DNA of 64,000 nt from Eledone cirrhosa (Eukaryota): contig OZ024740.1 in assembly GCA_964016885.1 (NCBI GenBank), positions 238,886,001-238,950,000 on the forward strand, written 5' to 3'. Below, one piece after another: positions 54,216-64,000 of the stretch. The position numbers and the translations under genes are program-made. Numbering within the stretch: the stretch's first letter is position 1; the number at the start of each line of letters is the position of its first letter. Under the pieces are notes generated by a model. That model was not told the DNA's origin. It saw only the letters and a list, made by a program, of their open reading frames with translations, and ran no database searches.

Positions 54216-54418
54216 TATGTACACGTACATACATATATGTATACCGACGTACAGTAGTATGTATATATATATATACATACATGCACACATATATATATGC
54301 ACGTATGGATTCACCGAACATTTATTATAATGCTCGGTGTGTTTGTAAACAAACATCCCGTATTAAGCCGTAGTGTCTAGCAACCACCGTTGCTCGTTTG
54401 TTCAACACTGACAAAGGA

Positions 54419-54461
54419 ACGCTGTACTAGTTTCAAGCTTGTTAGCTATCGTCAGCAACGT
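54419..54461 (-). ncRNA. Type I hammerhead ribozyme (inverted array copy)
   Basis: Reverse complement of 55008-55050. Confidence 0.88.
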
Positions 54462-55007
54462 ATACCTTCCTGCCAGATTGTTGAACGTATATACTTACCT
54501 TATGCATATTGACGGCCGAGCAGCCCAATATGCACATCGAGTGGGTTAATCGGCCGGGTGCACCGAAAACGATAAACGGAAAAAATGAAACGATATTTCA
54601 TTTCCCACTCTTAGTACGGCTGTTACTTAAATATAAGTATGTACACGTACATACATATATGTATACCGACGTACAGTAGTATGTATATATATATATACAT
54701 ACATGCACACATATATATATGCACGTATGGATTCACCGAACATTTATTATAATGCTCGGTGTGTTTGTAAACAAACATCCCGTATTAAGCCGTAGTGTCT
54801 AGCAATACATATATGTATGTACGTGTACATACTTATATTTAAGTAACAGCCGTACTAAGAGTGGGAAATGAAATATCGTTTCATTTTTTCCGTTTATCGT
54901 TTTCGGTGCACCCGGCCGATTAACCCACTCGATGTGCATATTGGGCTGCTCGGCCGTCAATATGCATAAGGTAAGTATATACGTTCAACAATCTGGCAGG
55001 AAGGTAT

Positions 55008-55050
55008 ACGTTGCTGACGATAGCTAACAAGCTTGAAACTAGTACAGCGT
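55008..55050 (+). ncRNA. Type I hammerhead ribozyme (array copy)
   Basis: ACGTTG-CTGACGA-tAGCT aaca AGCTt-GAAA-CTAG-TA^-CAGCGT. Intact core, stem I pairs, palindromic stem III (ACTAGT), GUA cleavage triplet. Confidence 0.88.
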
Positions 55051-55429
55051 TCCTTTGTCAGTGTTGAACAAACGAGCAACGGTGGTTGCTAGACACTACG
55101 GCTTAATACGGGATGTTTGTTTACAAACACACCGAGCATTATAATAAATGTTCGGTGAATCCATACGTGCATATATATATGTGTGCATGTATGTATATAT
55201 ATATATACATACTACTGTACGTCGGTATACATATATGTATGTACGTGTACATACTTATATTTAAGTAACAGCCGTACTAAGAGTGGGAAATGAAATATCG
55301 TTTCATTTTTTCCGTTTATCGTTTTCGGTGCACCCGGCCGATTAACCCACTCGATGTGCATATTGGGCTGCTCGGCCGTCAATATGCATAAGGTAAGTAT
55401 ATACGTTCAACAATCTGGCAGGAAGGTAT

Positions 55430-55472
55430 ACGTTGCTGACGATAGCTAACAAGCTTGAAACTAGTACAGCGT
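55430..55472 (+). ncRNA. Type I hammerhead ribozyme (array copy, +422)
   Basis: Identical to 55008-55050. Confidence 0.88.
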
Positions 55473-55758
55473 TCCTTTGTCAGTGTTGAACAAACGAGCA
55501 ACGGTGGTTGCTAGACACTACGGCTTAATACGGGATGTTTGTTTACAAACACACCGAGCATTATAATAAATGTTCGGTGAATCCATACGTGCATATATAT
55601 ATGTGTGCATGTATGTATATATATATATACATACTACTGTACGTCGGTATACATATATGTATGTACGTGTACATACTTATATTTAAGTAACAGCCGTACT
55701 AAGAGTGGGAAATGAAATATCGTTTCATTTTTTCCGTTTATATATATATATATATATA

Positions 55759-55938
55759 TATATAGCTTTCACCGTATTTTTAACTAAAGGAATTTTAGCT
55801 TGATAACGGGGTTTAGAACCCTCAGATAAATGGAAAAAGATGAACGTCAATACTCATCTTTTCCCATTTATCTGAGGGTTCTAAACCCCGTTATCAAGCT
55901 AAAATTCCTTTAGTTAAAAATACGGTGAAAGCTATATA
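55759..55938. repeat. Near-perfect palindrome (~85-bp arms, 10-nt loop)
   Basis: gctttcaccgt...gaaaaagatga-acgtcaatac-tcatcttttcc...acggtgaaagc. Confidence 0.95.
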
Positions 55939-55983
55939 TTTTCTAATTTCAAACTCGCTCACTGTTTCAAAACATACTTGCCA

Positions 55984-56066
<83 letters not shown>

Positions 56067-56819
56067 GCTATTGGTTATAATAATTGATATCACCAAGACT
56101 CATGTCGAGTCACCATTTTAGCTGTTGTTTCTAATAATAGATATCACCAAGACTCATGTCGATTCACCATTTTAGCAGAAAGACATGATAGTAATATCGA
56201 CAACGAGTAATATAATAATGATGTCAACAAGAGAAATAAGAGATGAGATGTATGTTTATTTGTTATAGCACAAAGTAATGTTTGTTGAACTGGTTAGTTA
56301 AAGTTAACCATAAAAAGGTTATAAAAGGAATGTGGCATTGTGCCAGGCCCAAGGAAGGCCGACAGGCCAAAGTGCAAATCTCACCGTTACATATTGTTTG
56401 TGCTTGCGGAGCAAAAGAAGAAATGCTGTTTACTTTAGCATGGTCAAACTGCAAGAGAGAGATTTCTGAGCTGACGCGGGAATGTTTCCTTCAGGGCGGG
56501 TCGAGATACATTCTCCTACGCTGGCGGCGATTGGCTGAACTGAGCCAAACAACGCACGGAGAAATGTATCTATGAGTCCTAGGAACGTAGGTCACTACAA
56601 TACCCTTCCTAGTCGCAAGACGATATATAAAATTGAATCAGCAGGAAAAATGCTGAAAGAGCTCATCAATGAAAAAAATTGAACAAAAGAATGCATGCAA
56701 GAAGAAAAATGAGGCGCTGTGTCAAATGACTAGCTGTTTTGCTATTTATGCGTGGCCACCAGGGGTCTAACAGAAACGGATAAAGTCTGACATGGGAAAA
56801 GTTGCTGTTCTTGCATTAA

Positions 56820-57025
56820 ATGTTAGCTGTTATGGTAAGTGTTGTACCAGAGCTGTGGATGAAACTGTTATGGTAGTTTACTAGTAGCTGTTGTCAATGA
56901 TGGTGCTGTTCATGCTTTACCAGAGCTGTATAGCTGTTATGGTAAGTGTTATACCAGAACTGTTATGGTAAATGTTATACCAGAGCTGTATAGCTGGAGC
57001 TGTTATGGTAAATGTTGTAGCAGAG
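56820..57025. repeat. Degenerate minisatellite (agctgttatggtaagtgttataccagagctgt)
   Basis: About 5 imperfect units, immediately 3' of the minus-strand PLE. Confidence 0.8.
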
Positions 57026-57099
57026 CTGGCAAGAAGATGATGGGTAGGCGAGAAATTGTCGGCCTCCCAGATGAATTGCCGGAAGTGCTAGGCAGCCAT

Positions 57100-58600
57100 G
57101 AAAAAATATGACTAGTTGCTTTGAAAAGAAAAAAACAAGTTGAATCTGTAGAATTAAGTCAGTATTGTTTGTTTGGGTATGGTTGTTGTTGTTATTCCAT
57201 TCGCTTTTTCTGTTTAACTTTGGTTTTCTAAGCTCTATCTCGCTTGCTTCTCTGATTTGCCTACCTGTTGGGTCATTTCTATGTTTAGATATTATTTTAA
57301 TTTCTATGTTGTCTATATTACCGTCATGTCTTTGTCTGGCGTGTTCGTTTTGTACTGAACCGTTTTTTTTTTGTACTTTTAATTCCACCCAGTGCTGGTC
57401 TATTCTTTCTCCTATGCTTCGAGCTGTTTCACCTATGTATGTCGTTGCCATGTTTCTGCAAGTACCGTCTGTACATCTTATGCTATAGACTACATTTCTA
57501 GTTTTACAGTTTATCTGGAGGTTCACTTTACATATAACGCATTTCTTATTAGTACAGTGGGTTTTCTTAAAGGGGTATGTTTTGCTGATCAGGGATTTTA
57601 TGGTAGTTCCTGGCTTTTCTACCACTTTAATCTTTAAGTGGGTCTTTCTTAGGGCCTTTCTACATTGGTTAGCTAATTTCCCCCAGTGGTAGCATCCACG
57701 AACATGACACTCTGGTATCTCTGGTTGTCGTACTATGAGGTGGCTTTCCCTATCATATGTTTAGTACTATCTAAGTTATTCCATGATTTGCTTCTGTATA
57801 ATGGGCAAATTCCTTTCATGTCCATTTCTATGAGGGTCTTATACTTCTCAGTGGCTCGTTTGTATACTGTGATTCTATATCTTTGGTTGTAGCCAGAGAA
57901 CTGCATGCGGTTGATGAAGTGTTGGATGTATCTTTCCCTTTCAGTGGGGTCGCACATGCGGGACACGTTCTTCATCACTCGTACCAAGTCTGCGATCAGA
58001 ATATTAAACTTAGCACTACTGGACAATGCTGAGTTTTTGAGTATCAAGTATTTGGAGGCCATAGTTTTAGCATAGTGTGAGTGGAGAATTTGGGCCCTCT
58101 CGTCTATAGTGTTAATCCAGAGTTCCGTGTCTAATACAGGTAGTCTATTGTTAGGATGTTTGGAAGGGTAGTCAACAGTTACAGTTATACACTGGTGTAT
58201 GGAGTTAGCTATCTACTGGATGCTTTCCATTGTGCTATATTCTAAATCATGTTCATTAGTACTCTCGTCTACGTAACGAGAGTACATGACGAGGTCTATG
58301 GAGCTCTCTTCAAGGAGATATTTTAGTCTCCTTTCCCACCATACCATAAACAGATTGGCAACATCACCAGCTATGCTGACGCCAATGGCTGCTCCCTCAT
58401 TCTGGGTGTAGATATTTTCATTGAATTTAAACATATAGCCGTTTTTTCTCATCTGATCATTGTTATGGGGTGTCCGTATGGTTTTGGTTCATCCATTCCA
58501 CTTTTCCATGGGAGTCTTTTTAGCTATTGAGGTTATGGTAGGGGGTTCCTTATGGGTCTACTGGGGCAGAAACAGCTAAGGTCATGGTTATCTAGGTAAC
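57100..58600 (-). mobile_element. Degraded Penelope-like element (second family; Neptune/Naiad-like Cys linker)
   Basis: ORF pieces GAAIG...RYVD, LPVLD, and CTNKKCVIC...NVVYSIRC...YIGETAR...REA (GIY-YIG). Several stops and deletions. Confidence 0.9.
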
Positions 58601-58644
58601 CATACCAACATTACAATACAATAGGAGGGAACATGATAATAGTA

Positions 58645-58684
58645 CCACTGATGATGTTGTAGATGTGCAACGAAAGAACTTTGT
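58645..58684 (+). ncRNA. Hammerhead-like motif (homologue of 53897)
   Basis: CTGATGA-t-GTTGTA gatg TGCAAC-GAAAG-aa-CTT. Confidence 0.55.
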
Positions 58685-59059
58685 TAGACTATATATATAT
58701 ATTTATATCTGTATTTTTAACCGTTGGTCGGTCAATGATAAACAATGATTGCCAAATAAATTAACTATGGAGATATAAAAGATACAGAAGCGAAAATCAA
58801 CCAAACAGTGAGTGTGTTCTGTTATTATTTTTGGCAATATTATTACAACAATATGACCCTCCCCAAGTATAACTACCCCCCCCCCCCCTTTTTATCCCAA
58901 TAACTTATTTTAGTTATTGTTCGCCCTAGGCTGAGATATCTCGTCTCTAACGCGAAGAAATACCTATGATTCCTAGCAGACAACTGACGATGGATATTCC
59001 TCTCTTTCGCCCGTAACTTTTATTTTTCATTATACTTAAATGCAACCACACAGCTCACC

Positions 59060-59122
<63 letters not shown>

Positions 59123-59126
<4 letters not shown>

Positions 59127-59915
59127 CGACTGTGGTCGAAAACAAAGCGAAACGCAATATCTAAGTTATGCTGGCAAGCGCTCCATGGACCAAATAAAGA
59201 CCAGAGCAATAAACATAGGTTATAAAGGCCAAACAAACTGAGATGGCGGTCAAGAAGCCATCAACCACCTAAGCCAAAAAGACGAGGCAAGCCAAACAGG
59301 TCAAACAAAATAATTGAATATTTACCTGGACCCCCAGAAAAGATGGTATAATCCAGTAAAGGGTTTCTGCGACACCTAAATCAATTATACTGCCTGCCTA
59401 AATAATAAGCTTTTGGTATAATGATCGAACAAGGCTGTCACTTCGTCAACAGATATTTTGTTCTACGCCAGCATGCAGTAATATGTAGTAGTAAAGAAAA
59501 ACACGTGTGTAACTCTGCAAGGGAGAAAACCCCAGATTTTGGCAGATGAATTCAGTAAGTGTAAAATTAATGCAATGATTGCAAAAACTGCACAAATCGA
59601 ATTAAGCTCTCGACCGGATAGTTTTTATAATAAACTTAAGCAATTAATCAGTCAATAGAATTATCTAATAAAATTAATTGGTTAATTGCTAGACCCAGGA
59701 GATTAATACAAATATAATTTCAGCGAGATCGAATTTCGGCTGTGGTCGAAAACAAAGCGAAACGCAATATCCGAGTTATGCTGGTAAGCACTCCATGGAC
59801 CAAATAAAGACCAGAGTAATAAACATAGGTTATAAAGGCCAAACAAACTGAGATGGAGGTCAAGAAGCCATCAACCACCTAAGCCAAAAAGACGAGGCAA
59901 GCCAAACAGGTCAAA
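59123..59915 (+). repeat. Direct repeat of ~183 bp, 610 bp apart
   Basis: 59123-59305 and 59733-59915 differ at only a few positions. Confidence 0.9.
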
Positions 59916-60083
59916 GAAAATTTCAAAGCAGCAAAGAAAATTTCAAAGATACGAAAGATTTCCTGGTGGAAGTTCAGGTGTACTCCGGGTTGGTATCCAG
60001 TTTCGAGGTGAAAATCCAATCATAAAATCCAACGAATCTTGAGAGATCCGCGTAAGCGTAGATATATATATTTTCTCATTCTT

Positions 60084-60119
60084 TCTTCTGATGAAGGACT
60101 AGCGTCCGAAACGTTAAGA
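60084..60119 (+). ncRNA. Minimal hammerhead motif (same family as 40205)
   Basis: TCTT-CTGATGA-a-GGAC tagc GTCC-GAAAC-GTT-AAGA. Confidence 0.75.
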
Positions 60120-60203
60120 CCCTCTTCCTGCTATATCAAGCGTTAACCTAATATATCCCTTCCATATACTGTACCGATTGTGTTGTTTTTTCTATTTACC
60201 CTT

Positions 60204-60282
<79 letters not shown>

Positions 60283-60340
60283 GTGAGGTTTTTTTTACAA
60301 ATTGAAAAATAACCGAGGTGTCCTACACGAGTGAAAGTAT

Positions 60341-60585
60341 AAAGAAAAAGAGATGAAATCGAAAATGCAACTGGAGTCTTATTTAAAAAAAAAATATATA
60401 TATTTATTTGGTTTCTTTACCGGTTTCGCAGTTCTTCTGCTTTTCAAAAGTAACCACAGACCCTCCATCTCAACTCTACTTTTGAAAAGCAGAAGAACTG
60501 CGAAACCGGTAAAGGAACCAAATAAATATATATATTTAAAAAAAAAATAAGACTCCAGTTGCATTTTCGATTTCATCTCTTTTTC

Positions 60586-60588
<3 letters not shown>
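60341..60588. repeat. Near-perfect palindrome (~112-bp arms, 24-nt loop)
   Basis: Mirror ORFs 60353..60550 (+) and 60379..60576 (-). Loop at 60453-60476. Confidence 0.95.
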
Positions 60589-60645
<57 letters not shown>

Positions 60646-61049
60646 AAAGGCATATAAATAACAAAGCAAACGACACAGTACAATGAAGAAATATATTATT
60701 TTTACGCTTGATATAGTAGGAAAAGAGTCTTAACATTTCGGACGCTAGTGCTTCATCAAAAGAAAGAATGAGAAATTAAAGAAGAAATAATAAATAGAAA
60801 GATTGAGGAGACGGGCAGGGCGGAAACGGAAAAAATATTTTTAGATAAAAATAACAGGTCCATTCATGTTACCAATGCATGTTCATATTAAATGTAATTT
60901 AGTTTAGTGATAATCTTGTACTTGTTTATTCAATGCGGTGGTAAAGGTCGGGACCTTTCCTAAAACAATAAAACCTTATCTTACTATTCTAATAATGAAC
61001 AAGTCATTAATTTCCTTTCATCTTAAAATGAAATTAATTACTGGTTCAG

Positions 61050-62200
61050 TAATGCTCGGGCACTGAACGAATGGATACTGGGCGGCTTCATCATCCTCAA
61101 TGCATTTCGGACAGGGTACAGTTGCTGGCTGCTCCAACACGTTAACATTTGTAGAATTTATTCAGAACAAGCAATATCTCACCGCATTGCCCGACAAAGG
61201 AATTTTGTAATCTAACCTTAATACCCAGCTTGTAACCTCTCCACAAGAGACGCACAGAATCGTTCCCAGGTCACCATAGCTCATATTCTCTATAGAATGG
61301 GAGAGTAGACTTTTCCCCTACCACATGGCCTTGAGGGCCTTAAAACAATCCAGATACCAAAGGCCTATCCACGGTCAAAGAGACGAGTTGTGGAAAAGTG
61401 TGTCACTCGAACTGTGACCACGCACGTTTTCCGTTGCCGTAGTTCAGGAATCTCTCTAGTTGTATCAGCCACATTAACGGCATCTTTACTCCGCCTCTGT
61501 AATGTGTCTTGGTAACGGATGGATCACCTGACCAGTGGAAACTGTCCCTTTCAAACGAAGTGAAAGAATATATCCTTCAACCCAACCATATATCCTCTCA
61601 GCCCAATTCCGAGTGAGACTGGTCACTCTACACAGTTTTTATCAATCTAGAGGGGTAGTCTGAAACTAGACTCAAGCTCCTCAGTCAAGTAACAGAATCC
61701 ACAGTCATGCACGGGCTGGCCTCTCCAGGTAACGAATTGAAAGCCTACCTACTGGTACTCTTCTAGAATAGTGCTGACCACATCGATTTCTAATGTGTCC
61801 GGCACCATGATGGTAACATCATCCGCCTATTTCTGTCACAACCTCTCTTACCTGCGTAGTAAAGGCTCCAGAGCCAAACATATACTAGAGGCAACACAGT
61901 GCATTATTGACGGATCGAGGAAGCAATGAAAAATTGTTCCGATAGTTGGCCGTTTATTTTTACTTGACAACCAAATACATTACAATGATCCAATCTCTGA
62001 AGATATGACAGAAACCGGTTGGTCTTATGGCAGCTACCAGGTAGCGATAATCTACCCTATCACATGCTTTAGACAGGCCTAAATTGACCAGAGTTCCATT
62101 CATGCCAGGATATAGTACCGACAATGAAATGGGGGTTTGTCGTGCAAAGATCTTCTGGGAATCGTACAGCAGCATTTTAATTCAGAACGTACAAGGCATT
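61050..62200 (-). mobile_element. Highly degraded Tx1/L1 RT relic
   Basis: LSKACDRVDYRYL, a (Y)ADDVTIM-like segment at ~61810-61830, and CPKC near 61110. Confidence 0.7.
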
Positions 62201-62871
62201 TTTGTCCGACGCACTATCGATCCACCCTATCTATCACTATTTCCGTATCTGGTTATGAGAGATTGTTAGAAACTTTCACTTTATTATTCGAAAAATTTTA
62301 AGTAACATGAAAACTCCAGACACATGTTGACTTAACAATCAAAGTAGGTTGGCGTGTCTGAATTAGCAAATATCCATTTATTTTTCTTTAATATCTAGTG
62401 TAGATAGTATCGAGTCAAACTGCTAGAAATAGCTGCCACATAGCAGGATGAAAAGAAAAGTTGACCTCGACGGGATTTGAACTCAAGAAGTAGAGTCAGA
62501 GCAATTACTGCTCACAATTTGCCCGACACTCTAACGACTCTCCCAATATACACCTCTCTGCGGTCTTTAAAAAAAAAAGAAGGGATACAAGAGATAATGT
62601 AATCCTGAATTAAAAAAACAAAAAAAAAATGAGACGTGATGACCAAGACTGGAAAGCCTTTGATCATAGGTCTGCTTGGCTAGAGTTGACCCATGGTTAA
62701 ACAACAAGAAGAGCTATTTATTATATCAATTCACAGCTGGCGCTGTCGTCAGTGTATATCTGATTATCACAGCGGTTTTTAATTAGGACATCTGACACGT
62801 TAACAATATCTTTGAGTCGATAGACAAAATAACTGAATATGGATTGTTTATGTAGCTGCTCAGTTACGAGT

Positions 62872-62945
62872 GCCCCAATAGCTCAGAGGTTTAGAGCACT
62901 GGTCTCGTAAACCAGGGGTCGTGAGTTCGAATCTCACTTGGGGCA
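62872..62945 (+). tRNA. tRNA-Thr (anticodon CGT)
   Basis: Acceptor stem GCCCCAA/TTGGGGC, D arm GCTC/GAGC, anticodon arm CTGGT-ctCGTaa-ACCAG, T arm GTGAG-TTCGAAT-CTCAC. Oligo-T Pol III terminator at 62961-62975. Confidence 0.95.
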
Positions 62946-63441
62946 TCGGCTATTAACGTATTTTTTTTTTTTTTTATTAAAAAAATATGTGGTGTGTTGA
63001 AGAAGTCTATGATATTCGAATAAATAATGATTCATTGATGAAATGAAATTTGATTTGTTAATTCTTTTTGTTGACTTAGTCATATCAAATAACCTAAAGC
63101 GAGAGACCAGTATTAACAACATTTTTCAGTCTTTCTTGACTGAGTTGTTGGAATTGGAAGTTAGTGTTGTTGGGAGAAGTGGAGCACGTAATTGGTTTTA
63201 AACAAATATAGGAAAAAATATTAGGCAATATTCCAAGGTGCACGGGATCATAGGAGTAATTATTCCCCGATGAGAACACAATAATATTTAGAAATATATC
63301 AGAATTGTCGAAAATGTTTATACACAGGTCTATAAAGAGTTCATTCTTTTTTCATAGCTAAGTTATCTAATTATAAAGTGGTAGTTATATCTACTTTAAT
63401 TTTGTCCTAAATTTTCAAATATACGGTGTGTTCTAGCATGA

Positions 63442-63485
<44 letters not shown>

Positions 63486-63499
63486 CACACACACACACA

Positions 63500-63591
<92 letters not shown>

Positions 63592-63689
63592 CATGGTAGA
63601 AATCCGTAGATGAATGATCAAGAAAAACAGTGCTCGATCCGTTAGAAGAGAGCTTATTTAGTATAAACAAAGTTTCATACACTTAACAT

Positions 63690-63737
63690 GCATGTGCTAT
63701 CAATGGTTTTGGGGTCCAGTTATGGCCACCACTGTAT
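63690..63737. mobile_element. Tc1/mariner-like TIR remnant
   Basis: ...gtccagttatggccaccactg-TA. A similar end, ttacttttggacacagtg-TA, is at ~44990-45012. Confidence 0.45.
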
Positions 63738-63784
63738 AATGGAGGAGCCACTTTTAAACCGTCGCTAAGAATTTTAAAATAGAT

Positions 63785-64000
63785 AATAAACCAGAAAGAT
63801 TAACAAAGCATAATACCTTCATTACTCTGAAGGATCACAAAATGGACTTTACAAACGAGAACAGAATTGAGCCTCGCTACTAAGAAGATCTTCGACGAAA
63901 TAAACAAACGCATCACAAGCAGCACGAGCCTCTTACTCTAGAATAACACCACATCGGTTATATCTTGGTTCACACACATCCCATTAAAAGCCAGAGTTAA
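63785..64000 (+). mobile_element. Penelope-like RT fragment (third family)
   Basis: Translates to TFITLKDHKMDF followed by TKKIFDEIN-like sequence, resembling the PLE FITLKDHK motif. Confidence 0.55.

Larger units (their letters stand above)
54211..55740. mobile_element. Retrozyme-like array: 422-bp hammerhead-containing unit, ~1.4 copies on - then ~2.2 copies on +
   Basis: Unit repeats at 54211/54633 and, inverted, from ~54805 onward with period 422. Copies look identical. No ORF. Flanked on both sides by (TA)n. Confidence 0.85.

Noticed and set aside
58984-59005. CTGACGA-tGGATATTCC as a further hammerhead
   Set aside because: No GAAA, stem III or stem I partner follows, so it is at most a truncated fragment.

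Overview
AT-rich, repeat-dense animal genomic DNA. The SINE and RTE content suggests an octopod cephalopod (inference). Two spliced host genes face each other tail-to-tail. ZC3HC1/NIPA (+) has 8 exons reconstructed from 1094 to 18955, its 5' start is probably outside the window, and it has a U12-type intron and a long disordered C-terminal extension. CFAP107/C1orf158 (-) has 3 exons from 30474 to 22005, with an RFX X-box upstream. There is one tRNA-Thr(CGT). The rest is mostly mobile DNA: RTE LINEs, tRNA-derived SINEs with TSDs, Tx1/L1 and CRE-like relics, Penelope-like elements (PLEs), and Helitron, hAT, Tc1 and LTR remnants. The most striking structure is at 54211-55740: a young, partly inverted tandem array of a 422-bp non-coding unit, each full unit carrying a complete type I hammerhead ribozyme, i.e. 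a candidate retrozyme/circRNA locus. It sits in a 40-61 kb zone where at least four other hammerhead-bearing repeat families and several fold-back palindromes occupy (TA)n microsatellites next to PLE RT/GIY-YIG ORFs. All calls were made by eye; repeat boundaries are approximate, and homologue comparisons are from memory rather than alignment.
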